A DNA stretch of 64,000 nt from Candidatus Latescibacterota bacterium (GTDB lineage Bacteria > Latescibacterota > UBA2968 > UBA8231): assembly GCA_965197905.1 (NCBI GenBank), contig CBDAOB010000005.1:1568001-1632000 (forward strand). The letters run 5' to 3'. The notes under the pieces were generated by a model. It searched no databases, was not told the DNA's origin, and was given only the letters and a program-made list of their open reading frames with translations. Position 1 is the stretch's first letter. Each line of letters opens with the position of its first letter. Position numbers and translations under genes: made by a program. Positions 39,766 through 48,882 of the stretch are shown here, one piece after another.

Positions 39766-40960
39766 CTAGTTTTCGAAGAGAGCGTCGATCTCATCCTGGC
39801 TTATTGAATCGCCGTCGGCCTCTGTTTCCTCCTCTTCTTCGGAAGCCTCATCATCTTCTTCTTCCACTTCTTCTTCAACTTCGATTTCCAGCATCTCCTC
39901 TTCCTCGTCGTCGGCGCTCAAAAGATCCGCCAGATCCTCCTCTTCACCTTCCTCGTCGTCGCTCAAGAGATCGGCCAGATCCTCTTCTTCACCTTCCTCA
40001 TCGTCGCCCAGGAGGCCGGTGAGATCTTCGTCTTCTTCAGTTTCTCCGCCGGCATCCTCTTCGTCTTCCTCTTCAACCATATCCTCAAGGAGATCCTCAG
40101 TCTCGTCGTCCAGCACGTCCTCCTCCTCATCTTCCTCATCGGCGTCAACAACGACTTCCTCCGCCTCCTCGTCCTCGGCCAATAGGTCGCGCAGATCCTC
40201 GTCGTCGTCATCACTTTCCGGTTCGTCATCGTCACCGAGCAACTCCTCCAGATCCACCTCCTCCTCTTCTTCCTCGACAGCCTCTTCTTCCCCACCCAAC
40301 AATTCTTCGAGATCCTCTACCTCCAGATCATCCTCGATCTCTTCATCCTCTGCAATCTCATCCCCTTCTATCGAGACATTGTCCTCTAACGAACCATCCT
40401 CCTCCTCAAGCTCATCGACGACGTCATCGAGCGCCACATCCTCCTCAACCGGCTCATCAAAGAGGTCATCCGGATCGGCTTCGTACTCGATTTCCTCTTC
40501 CTCAACCTCGGGTCCCCCAAGAATCGCCTCCACCTCTTCAGCACTCGGCCCAACCTGGGCCGCGTCTTCGAACAGATCGTCAGCTCCGGCTTCAAAGTTT
40601 TCGCCCGCACCGTCGTCGGCGAACAGAGAGTCGATGTCGTTCGGTGCCGCTTCCTCTTCGGAACCCGCTGCAGGCGAATCAAGAGAACCATTGTTTAGCA
40701 AACCGGAGGCAAGTCTGTCGAACAGCTGTTGCACCTTGCCTATGTCTCCATCCACAACGGCCCCGGCGCTGTCGCGCACAAACTCGACCACCTGATTGAA
40801 TCCGGGAAATGCGTCGTCAAAAACAGTCAGGTAAGCCCTGACGCGCTCATCCTTGATATCGTTTTTGACTTGAGCAAACCAGAGTTTCTCGAACAGCTTT
40901 GCCAGAGAATCCAGCGCTTCCAGCTGATCCTTGACGTCACGCAGATCTTCCTTTGTCCAT
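39766..40960 (-). CDS. Hyper-acidic low-complexity protein with helical N-domain and C-terminal SQDEIDALF; +1 frameshift at codon 3
   Basis: The open frame extends from ~40953 (KEDLRDVKDQLEALDSLAKLFEKLWF...). The ATG at 40960 is out of frame by one extra A (ATGGACAAAGGAAGAT). Confidence 0.7.
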
Positions 40961-41047
40961 AACTACTGCCCCTGGGTGTTTAAATGAACCGACTCAACGG
41001 TTTGCGCAGTTTGCGGTTGACTGGTAAACCTCTCCAGCCCTGCTCTG

Positions 41048-41063
41048 AGCAATAAACGTGCCT
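41048..41063 (-). promoter_or_regulatory. sigma-54 promoter of acidic protein gene
   Basis: AGGCAC-GTTTA-TTGCT about 90 bp upstream of ATG 40960. Confidence 0.55.
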
Positions 41064-41284
41064 CAATCGCATTGACCATTGTTAGAAGCGATCTATTGTG
41101 ACGCCTGTTCAGCATCCTGGCGCGCTCATCGCAACGAACCAAGATATTGTAGGTGCCCCAACTTCGGCGTTTCTCCGATTCGGTCGAATTTTTTCCCACC
41201 CGGAAACTATTGCTCCCACGACGGATAGGCACCGCGTGTATCCAGTTTCTTAATATACTTCTCAAGGCCTTCAATCCCAACGTT

Positions 41285-41872
41285 TTACTTGCTCATGGGA
41301 ATTGTGTCTCCTTGGAGGGAACGAATTCTTCGCAATACAACCTGAATGAGCACCATGTCGAGAATCGTTTCCACCAGCATGTAACTCCCATTGTACAAGA
41401 GTGAGTAGAGCCAAACCGGCTGTCCCTCAGGCGCAAACTGGGCCCAGAAAACGATTCCCGATACGAAATGGGCGCAAAATCGCAAGCCGCTCGACGCAAG
41501 AACCGCTGCACCGACTCTTAGGCGCAAAAAAACCAGTTGGCTCGATTCGTTGAGGGTGGCAATCCCGGTCAACCCTATAACCCCGAACGCGAGCGGATAG
41601 TCCAAGAGCAGCTGGGCCGGGTGAATAAAGTGCTGCTCTCGCACCAAAGCAACTATGCCGTACATGATACCGGCAACGCCCCCCACCTTCCATCCTCTGA
41701 GCAACGCCAGCACCATGACCGGCAGCATGGCGATGCTGACCGATCCCCCATACGGCAGTCGGGGCAACGGGACAGATTTCGAGAATACATCGAACACCGT
41801 CGCCAGGGCCACAACAATCGCCACTTGAGCGTGAATTCTCACTCTCGAACTATCTAACACACGGCCCGGCAC
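41285..41872 (-). CDS. thiT: ECF S-component thiamine transporter ThiT
   Basis: LPYGGSVSIAMLP, HPAQLLLDYPLAF, RFCAHFVSGIVFW..APEGQ, YSLLYNGSY. Confidence 0.88.
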   Translation of the reverse strand: MPGRVLDSSRVRIHAQVAIVVALATVFDVFSKSVPLPRLPYGGSVSIAMLPVMVLALLRGWKVGGVAGIMYGIVALVREQHFIHPAQLLLDYPLAFGVIGLTGIATLNESSQLVFLRLRVGAAVLASSGLRFCAHFVSGIVFWAQFAPEGQPVWLYSLLYNGSYMLVETILDMVLIQVVLRRIRSLQGDTIPMSK

Positions 41873-41914
41873 AGATATCCTATCTCATTGATAATATTTA
41901 ACTTGTGGATACTT

Positions 41915-42051
41915 GGAGCGAGGTGGGTCGATGTTGGGTGGCTGGGAAACCGGTCGCCACTTGAGGAGTCCTATCCTATGCGGACCATTCCGGTCATGGT
42001 TCGCATCCCTCCCTTGCGGCCAGGGGCAAATGCCCCTGGCCGCGACTTTTT
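41915..42051 (+). ncRNA. Unassigned structured RNA candidate with own terminator
   Basis: GAAA-capped hairpin (41934-41964), 11-bp hairpin (41978-42006), 5'/3' pairing GGAG/CTCC, and a long GC terminator stem plus T-run (42016-42051). G-U pairs favour the + strand. Confidence 0.45.
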
Positions 42052-42078
42052 ATAATGCCGGCTTTCTGGATCATCGAC

Positions 42079-43104
42079 TCAGTTCGTGCGCTGGACGATG
42101 ATAAATCCGAGAGGAACCTCGACGACGTCGCTTATGGCGCCGATGCCAAGTCCCAAGACAGCTTCCTCGAACTGGGGAAGCAGATCACCGGAGCCGAAGA
42201 AGTCGGTATCACCTCCATAAGGCGCGTTAGCCGCTATGGAGAACTGTTCAGCCATTCTGCCAAAGTCATCCCCATTCTCCGCCCTCATACGCAAATCCCT
42301 CGCCTCGGCCTCCGTCTTAACCAAGATATAGCGCGCTCGCATCTTGCCGTCCATAATGGCGCGCACCGCCTCGATCTGAAGATTCAAGGTGTGCATCTCC
42401 ATGGCGTTCTTGGCCTTGGCTTTGGCGCGCCTGTAATATTCGAGGGCCAGCCCGTATTTCCGTTCCTGGGCGTAGAGGAATGCAATGTTGTTGTGGGCTT
42501 CCAAATCGTCTGGAAAAGATTGAATGATGCTCTCGAAGTGGCGGCGTGCCATGGTGAGAGAATCTTGTTCCGTGTAGTAAAAGCCGAAGAATCTATGAGC
42601 TTCGGGATTCGCTGAATCAATGAGCAACGCTGTATCCAGATGTGCTTTGGCGTTTTTGAGATCTCCCGCCTTCAAATACAGACCACCCAGGGAGCTTCGC
42701 ACCATCGTAGCGTTTGGCGCCAGCTGCAACGCCTGCTCGACGTAATGAATTGCTGAATCCAGGCGACTTTGCGCCAGATAGGTTTCACCCAGCTTAGAGT
42801 AGATTGGAAGTTGGCCGGGTTGTTCGCGCAGCGACCTGTGAAATGTATCAACCGCTTTGGCAAACTGTTCACTCCGCAAATAGAGTTCACCCATTCGATT
42901 CAAGAAGCGCGCGCTTCCGGCTCCGGCGGCCAACGCACTCTCGTATTCGACCAGGGCCTCCTCCAGCAAACCCCTCGTCGCGAGGCTATCACCCAGCAAG
43001 GTGTGTCTCACCATGGGAGGTTCTTCCGCCGCAGCGGGAACCCCGCTGCAGAAAAGAAGCGCGAAGGCCAGAGCTATCATTTGTGTCAGAGGTGTTGTGG
43101 TCAT
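42079..43104 (-). CDS. Secreted TPR protein with C-terminal parvulin (PpiC) PPIase domain
   Basis: Signal peptide, TPRs, RARYILVKT...FGRMAEQFS...GGDTDFF...PQFEEAV. Confidence 0.85.
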   Translation of the reverse strand: MTTTPLTQMIALAFALLFCSGVPAAAEEPPMVRHTLLGDSLATRGLLEEALVEYESALAAGAGSARFLNRMGELYLRSEQFAKAVDTFHRSLREQPGQLPIYSKLGETYLAQSRLDSAIHYVEQALQLAPNATMVRSSLGGLYLKAGDLKNAKAHLDTALLIDSANPEAHRFFGFYYTEQDSLTMARRHFESIIQSFPDDLEAHNNIAFLYAQERKYGLALEYYRRAKAKAKNAMEMHTLNLQIEAVRAIMDGKMRARYILVKTEAEARDLRMRAENGDDFGRMAEQFSIAANAPYGGDTDFFGSGDLLPQFEEAVLGLGIGAISDVVEVPLGFIIVQRTN

Positions 43105-44801
43105 GCCGTGCCGAACCGTTCCAGAAAGGTTCGTTCGGACTCCACGCTTCCGATGAGCACCATTTCTCCTCCCGCTGGGAACGGTGCGGTTGGCTCGGGG
43201 TTGGTCTTGAGGGTGCTGTCGTCACCCACCGCGATGACGGTGCAACCAGATTGACGCCGAATCGAGGAGCCCGAAATGCTTTTCCCAACCAGGCTCGAAG
43301 GCACCTTGACCTTGAAGACTTCGAGGCCTTCATCAACGAGGACAGTTGCGGTTCTTTCGAGGGTGCTCAAGATCGCGTTAGCCCCCATCGAAGCGTAGGA
43401 CAACACAAAATCAGCTCCGGCCTCGTGCATCTTCGTGGCGTTGCGCTCGAGAGCGGAACGACTGACGATCTGAATTTCGGGACATAGACTGCGACAATAC
43501 ATCGTCAGATACAGGTTCACATCGTCGTCGTGGGTCGTTATGACAACGCTTGGCGCATCGTGAATTCCTGCCTTCTCCAACACTGCTCGTTCGGCCGCAT
43601 CCCCATGTATGTAGTTGCTCTCTTCCTTCAAACGCTCGGCCACCTTCTCCACAATGCATGATTGGACCCCAATCTCCTTCAGGGCTTTAGCGGTAGCACG
43701 ACCGACCCGCCCCCCACCTAATACGACTATCGGAGAATCGGAGCTGTCATGGGTACGATAAAGTCGGTTAAACTCCTCTATTTGATGGCGGCTACCGGCC
43801 AACACCAATACGGTCTCGCTATCCATCGTGCTACCCGGTAGCGCGGGTTCGAATCGACCTCGCTCCCAAACGCCCGCGATACTCAAGCCGAGGTTCCTTC
43901 GCAAGCCAATTTCTTGCAGCGTTTTACCGACCAGAGTAGTCCCCGCCAGGTTTGCCTCGGCAATCGCCAGCTCATCAAATTCTCCGATCACACTGGCTGG
44001 CACTGCGCTAATCCTCGCGTGCCTTGCCAGACTGGTCCCCATCATTTCGTTCAGCTGCAGGATCTTGTCGACACCCGCAAACTCCAGGATGTCGACCGAG
44101 GCAGGTTCTGTTGCGGTGCCAACCAGCGAGACGGTAGATGAAACCTGCCGGACGATAAAAGAAAGATTGGCGTTAGTAACGTCACTTCCAGTCATGACCA
44201 CCATCGCGGCGGAGTCCACGTTTACGTTCCGGTAGGTGGCGGCGTCGTCCAGATAGCCGGTCACAACATTCATTCCAAGATCTGACAGGCGGGAAGCCTC
44301 AGACGCATCTGCAACCAGGAGAACGTGGTCGTAATGGTGTTGACCGAGCTTGGTGATGAGCGAGCTACTTACCGGGTCGTAATGGGTCAGGAGAACGTGG
44401 CCTTTTACATCGCTCGATAGCTTCCGTGGGGTGCGGAATGCGGATTGGGTTTCAATCCATGGCAGATATATGAACTGGATGACGGTGAACGGCAACAGTA
44501 TCAGAACGAAAACGGTTCCAGACAGCAGGACCATCATCGAAAACATGCGGCCCGCCGTACTGTTGAATGTGACATCCCCGAAACCAAGCGTTGACATCAC
44601 GGTCAGCGTCCAATACACACCGGTAAACCAGCTGTATTCTCTGCCTTCTCTCTCCATGAACGTATGAAACAAGATGCTGTATGTGGCCACCATTGCGCCG
44701 ACGGCGAGCAACAACATCAACAGGATAATGATGTTTCTCCTGCTGGTGCGGTTTCCGATGAAATCGGAGAGGTGGGCGAAAAAGTTTTGTAGATTTGTCA
44801 T
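43101..44801 (-). CDS. Potassium channel protein with tandem TrkA-N/TrkA-C (RCK) domains
   Basis: YWTLTVMSTLGFGD pore motif, GGGRVG Rossmann motif. Confidence 0.9.
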   Translation of the reverse strand: MTNLQNFFAHLSDFIGNRTSRRNIIILLMLLLAVGAMVATYSILFHTFMEREGREYSWFTGVYWTLTVMSTLGFGDVTFNSTAGRMFSMMVLLSGTVFVLILLPFTVIQFIYLPWIETQSAFRTPRKLSSDVKGHVLLTHYDPVSSSLITKLGQHHYDHVLLVADASEASRLSDLGMNVVTGYLDDAATYRNVNVDSAAMVVMTGSDVTNANLSFIVRQVSSTVSLVGTATEPASVDILEFAGVDKILQLNEMMGTSLARHARISAVPASVIGEFDELAIAEANLAGTTLVGKTLQEIGLRRNLGLSIAGVWERGRFEPALPGSTMDSETVLVLAGSRHQIEEFNRLYRTHDSSDSPIVVLGGGRVGRATAKALKEIGVQSCIVEKVAERLKEESNYIHGDAAERAVLEKAGIHDAPSVVITTHDDDVNLYLTMYCRSLCPEIQIVSRSALERNATKMHEAGADFVLSYASMGANAILSTLERTATVLVDEGLEVFKVKVPSSLVGKSISGSSIRRQSGCTVIAVGDDSTLKTNPEPTAPFPAGGEMVLIGSVESERTFLERFGTA

Positions 44802-44880
44802 TCAAGAGGTCGTTGGAAACGGCATTCTCGCCTGGCTGTGGTCGTCGCGGCACACGGCTTCGTAACCTACGCTATTCCTT

Positions 44881-45831
44881 TCACATTGGTGGAATGCCCG
44901 CTTGCTCTCTTCCATCCATCCGGGATACAGGTAGAAACCGGTACACGATGAGCGCTCCGCCGACGATGCCCGGAAGCAGCACATTGATCATAAACAGGAT
45001 AACAGCCGCACCAAACGCGGGAACAGGCTCCAACTCAAGCATCGTAAAAACCAGAACCGCGACGCCCTCGCGCACGCCCAGATCCATGAATGCGATCGGA
45101 AGCAACGACTTCAACCCGAAGATAAGCGGAATCGCCCACACGGCCTTCGCGTCAACCGGGCCCCAGCTGTGCAACAGAAGATAGAACTGAGCACAAAAAA
45201 TAAGATTGAACAGCACCGAAAAGAAAACCACCCGAATCCAGAGCCTCCTGGAGACGGAACCAACCACCGCCACGGCACGCCTGCCCCGTGTGCTGCGACT
45301 GAACAGGGCAACCAGTCTTCGCCGCATGATCCAGATAGCGGCAACCGCTGCCGTCGATACGGCAACAGCTATCAGCCCCATCCGGGGGAATAGAATAACG
45401 GCACTGACACTTGCCAGCAGCACGGTAACTGCAAATGATATCGTTCGATCGAGCGCTGCCAGAACCGAGATCTCGAATCGATCGCCCTCCATAAAGACGC
45501 CGCGTCCTACTTCGCCAAGACGTCCTGGTGAGGCCATGCCAAGGGCGAAACCCACGAAAAGGCTGTTCAAGCTCGACCGAGAGCTGCACGCAGAAATTTG
45601 GTTCTGAACGAGTAGGTGCCACTTGTTCCACTGAACGAAAATGATCGGTCCGACCAGAACGCAGGCCGCGGCAATCCACGGGACTTCGACGCGTTGGGCC
45701 GATCCGACAATGGCAACCGGACCCAAGAGATAGACAACCGACCCAAGGATCAGGGCCGTCGCAACAACCTTGCTGTATGCCAGAAATTTTCGTGGAGGGT
45801 GGTTCACGAAATGGCCGCGTATCGACCTCAC
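44881..45831 (-). CDS. Lysylphosphatidylglycerol-synthase-TM (flippase-like) membrane protein
   Basis: Multi-TM; SPGRLGEVGR, LDR, LPIAFMDLGVREG. Confidence 0.8.
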   Translation of the reverse strand: MRSIRGHFVNHPPRKFLAYSKVVATALILGSVVYLLGPVAIVGSAQRVEVPWIAAACVLVGPIIFVQWNKWHLLVQNQISACSSRSSLNSLFVGFALGMASPGRLGEVGRGVFMEGDRFEISVLAALDRTISFAVTVLLASVSAVILFPRMGLIAVAVSTAAVAAIWIMRRRLVALFSRSTRGRRAVAVVGSVSRRLWIRVVFFSVLFNLIFCAQFYLLLHSWGPVDAKAVWAIPLIFGLKSLLPIAFMDLGVREGVAVLVFTMLELEPVPAFGAAVILFMINVLLPGIVGGALIVYRFLPVSRMDGREQAGIPPM

Positions 45832-45857
45832 CCTTTCAGAGGGGGGTTTCGCACACC

Positions 45858-45928
45858 AAGATACGAGGCGTGAAGTCCGATTGTCAATGTATGCCAGCTT
45901 GACATGCTGAGTGCGAGAGCGGTAAGTT
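45858..45928. promoter_or_regulatory. Divergent sigma-70 promoters
   Basis: + strand TTGACA-18-TAAGTT (45899-45928); - strand TTGACA-18-TATCTT starting at 45887. Confidence 0.45.
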
Positions 45929-45965
45929 TGGACTATTGCGCTCCAAACCCAAAGAAAGATGGACT

Positions 45966-47108
45966 ATGGGAAACCACCGAATGGAAATCTGCTTAATTCG
46001 TGCAATCGCGATCTGCTTGTTGATCGCATGTGCCCTTCCCCTTCAGTTACACGCCGAGCCGTATTTTGCGTTTCGAGAAGGGTACAAGTGCAGCACCTGC
46101 CACGTGAACAAGACGGGTGGTGGCAAACGAAACGAGTATGGATCGTCATTCACCCAGACAGAATTCTCGCCCATCCTGGAAGCTGCCTCGGAAAACGCTC
46201 TCGATTTTTCAACCGATATTGGCGAAAGCTTTTCACTAGGGATGGATTTCATGATCGTGCACGAAACCCTTTTTTCGGTAGAGGAATCGATCGATGAAGG
46301 CGGTCGGAACGAGGTATACGAGCAAGACGGGGGGAACTCCTTCGATGTTCGCAGCGGCAACCTGTATATCGAGGCACAGCTGCTGCCGGACATTTTGACC
46401 TTGTACCTAGATGAAACGGTTTCGCCAACCGGAGCCTCGAACCGAGAAGCGTTTATCTTATACGACAATCTTCCGCATGGAGGGTACGTCAAGGCCGGAC
46501 GCATGTTGCTGCCTTACGGCATTCGGCTGTGGGATGATGATGCTTTCATTCGCCAGATCACCGGATTCAACTACGACAATCAAGACCTAGGTTTCGAGGT
46601 TGGTGTCGAACCAGGCATGTTCAGCTTGAGTCTGGCTTTGAGCAACGGAACTCAGGGCGCTCGCGACGACAACACCTCCAAACAGATTTCTTCTACCGGC
46701 TCGATCATTGTTGAAAATTTCGTTGTCGGCGGCTCTTTCTCATTGAACAAATCCCGCGGTATCGAGCGAACCCTGTTTGGTCCCTACGCTGCAATGCGGG
46801 CAGGTCCGCTTACCCTTATGGGAGAGGCCGACTGGATAGATGAGTCCCCCGGCGGTCAGGAGTTCGTTTTTTACACCAGCGCCGAACTGTGGTTGCGCGA
46901 AAGCCTAAATGTGCGGGCGGCCTTTGACTACTGGGACCCGTTTGACGGGATCTCCGAGGACGAACGAAGTCGAATTTCGGTAGGTGTAAATGCGTTCCTG
47001 ACGCCGTCTCTCGAAGCAAGCGCCTATTACAAGCTGAAGGAGAGCGTGCCGCAGGATGTTCCTGGTAATGCCGACGCATTGACCCTGTCGCTTCACAGCT
47101 TCTTCTAG
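45966..47108 (+). CDS. Monoheme cytochrome c-porin fusion (Cyc2-like architecture)
   Basis: Signal peptide ending LHA-, then EPYFAFREGYKCSTCHVNKTGGGKRNEYG, a beta-strand-rich body and terminal Phe. Confidence 0.7.
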   Translation: MGNHRMEICLIRAIAICLLIACALPLQLHAEPYFAFREGYKCSTCHVNKTGGGKRNEYGSSFTQTEFSPILEAASENALDFSTDIGESFSLGMDFMIVHETLFSVEESIDEGGRNEVYEQDGGNSFDVRSGNLYIEAQLLPDILTLYLDETVSPTGASNREAFILYDNLPHGGYVKAGRMLLPYGIRLWDDDAFIRQITGFNYDNQDLGFEVGVEPGMFSLSLALSNGTQGARDDNTSKQISSTGSIIVENFVVGGSFSLNKSRGIERTLFGPYAAMRAGPLTLMGEADWIDESPGGQEFVFYTSAELWLRESLNVRAAFDYWDPFDGISEDERSRISVGVNAFLTPSLEASAYYKLKESVPQDVPGNADALTLSLHSFF

Positions 47109-47130
47109 CCGCAATCGTCTCGTCCTGCCG

Positions 47131-48834
47131 TCAGGCGGAATCCTTTTCTTCCGGCAGGAGCGCCGGCTCGACGATCAAGGATTTTTCGCGGCGCAGATGT
47201 GCCAACCCCGATGCCCCGCCCTTCGGACGCGTGACATACTTCACCTGGGTAAAGACGACGGAAACCTTTTTCGCCGTCCTTCCCTTGCTCCAATAGGCCG
47301 CAACCCCGGCCGCTTCCTCAAGCGTTCGGCGATCCGGACTCTCTTTGCGGCCTTCCAATCGCAGAACGACGTGCGAGCCGGCGTAGCCGTGCGCGTGGAA
47401 CCAGACGTCGTTCTGCGCCGCGACCTTGTGGGTAAGAATGTCATTTTCCCAATTGTTGCGACCCGCCCAGACGCTCCATCCCGTCGTCGTTCGGTAGCGC
47501 CGGGGATGGGCATCCTGTTTCTGCTGCTTCCTCTGCTGCGCCACGTCCTCGTCACCGTATTTCTTCGTCAGGGCGATCGCTTCCTCTGACTCCGGATCCC
47601 GCTCGATCTCGTCTAACTCCAGTTTGATCGTGCATTCTTCTTGCTGCATCCGTTTCAAACGACATGGCAAGATTTCCAATCGCCTGGTGTACCTTGCCGC
47701 CCTCTTTAGATAGCCCGCTGCGTTTGCTGCCGGGGATTGGGTCGGATCCAGGTCAATCGAGATCTCCCGCTCCGACTCGTCGAAAATGTCACGTACTATG
47801 ACTTCCGTCATACCCGGTTCCGCGAGATCCAGCTGCGCCATGAGCGAGTGCCCCATCCGCTGCGCGACATCGGCGTCGGCAGCCTCCTCCAGATCTCTTT
47901 CCAATGCCGCGATAGTACGCGACTTCCGACGCAAGTCCGCCTTCAGGCGTTTCTTCAAGCCCAGTCCCAGGGTTCCCGTTTTGCCAGCGGCTGCGGTTCT
48001 GGCTTCACATTCTGAAATCGCCGCGCTGATCGAGGACATTGCCGTCACCCCATCGCTGAGACGAGTTGGCTGCAACCCTGAAAAACGCCATTGCTCGTTT
48101 TCGAACCAACAGTACCCTCCTATTCCGGTCTCCCGATAGGCCGCACGCAATACGCTCCAGAGTCTTTCGAGGTCGTCACCCCTTACGGCGGACGCGCGGC
48201 TTCCTGCATCGATGCCGGCGCGAAACAGAAATTCCTTCGCCGCGTCTCCGTCGATAAGTGCGAGGCCGCGCACTAGGGCCAGGCGAATATCATCAGATCC
48301 TTGACGCATGCGCCTGACGAATCCTGCTTCCTCCTCGTCGGGTGGAAAGATCCGCTCCCTCGCGGGCGGACCCACGTACGGAGCATCCACAACAACCCGC
48401 TGCGCCGCCGCCGATCTTTGAGCTGTCGGCCATTTTCCCAATACCACACCCGACTCCTCACTGAGCAGAACCGCCTGGCTTCGCTTCGGCAGTAGCTCGA
48501 AAACCAGTCTGCCATGGGTGACGCGCTCGGAACGATCGATCCGTTGCAGGCGGAGCGCAAGAATTCGATCGGGCCCTGTCATCGAGACCTCGACGATTAT
48601 TGCGCGTAGCAGATATCGCCAGGGGTGTTCCCGATTGGCCGGTGGCACCCGACCTTCTTTGGCGGCCAGAAAGAGGGCTCCCCTTCTGGTAAACCGCAAG
48701 ATCTGCTCTTCCCGTGCGAATCCCCCCAATTCCAGAACGTCGTCTGCGACGCGGGCGTGACAGATGGTTTCCGTCGCGATCTGCTGCCGCAGTTCTTGCG
48801 CCAGGTTTCTCAGGGTACAGTAGTCGTAGGCCAC
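47131..48834 (-). CDS. rqcH: NFACT-family ribosome quality control factor (RqcH/FbpA)
   Basis: DRILAL, LDPTQSPAANA, AGRNNWEND, WFHAHGYAGSHV, AAYWSK. Confidence 0.88.
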   Translation of the reverse strand: MAYDYCTLRNLAQELRQQIATETICHARVADDVLELGGFAREEQILRFTRRGALFLAAKEGRVPPANREHPWRYLLRAIIVEVSMTGPDRILALRLQRIDRSERVTHGRLVFELLPKRSQAVLLSEESGVVLGKWPTAQRSAAAQRVVVDAPYVGPPARERIFPPDEEEAGFVRRMRQGSDDIRLALVRGLALIDGDAAKEFLFRAGIDAGSRASAVRGDDLERLWSVLRAAYRETGIGGYCWFENEQWRFSGLQPTRLSDGVTAMSSISAAISECEARTAAAGKTGTLGLGLKKRLKADLRRKSRTIAALERDLEEAADADVAQRMGHSLMAQLDLAEPGMTEVIVRDIFDESEREISIDLDPTQSPAANAAGYLKRAARYTRRLEILPCRLKRMQQEECTIKLELDEIERDPESEEAIALTKKYGDEDVAQQRKQQKQDAHPRRYRTTTGWSVWAGRNNWENDILTHKVAAQNDVWFHAHGYAGSHVVLRLEGRKESPDRRTLEEAAGVAAYWSKGRTAKKVSVVFTQVKYVTRPKGGASGLAHLRREKSLIVEPALLPEEKDSA

Positions 48835-48882
48835 TGAATAGGAAAGGAAGAAACGCGTGGGTGTACAGCAGGTTCGTTCAGG

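Noticed and set aside
39900..40030. Tandem ~45-bp repeats that could suggest a CRISPR array or VNTR
   Set aside because: In-frame coding repeats (DDEEGEEEDLADLLS) with no unique spacers and no cas genes. No CRISPR array was seen in the window.
40019..40795. 258-aa poly-Ser ORF on + strand
   Set aside because: Antisense shadow of the Glu/Asp-rich gene (GAR/GAY codons read as TCN).
40963..41280. 105-aa - strand ORF between thiT and the acidic protein
   Set aside because: Atypical composition and overlap with the sigma-54 site suggest it is intergenic.
41880..42075. TPP riboswitch, 6S RNA, SRP RNA or functional tRNA assignment
   Set aside because: Diagnostic motifs are absent and the T-arm-like segment lacks a 5-bp stem. 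Kept only as an unassigned ncRNA candidate.
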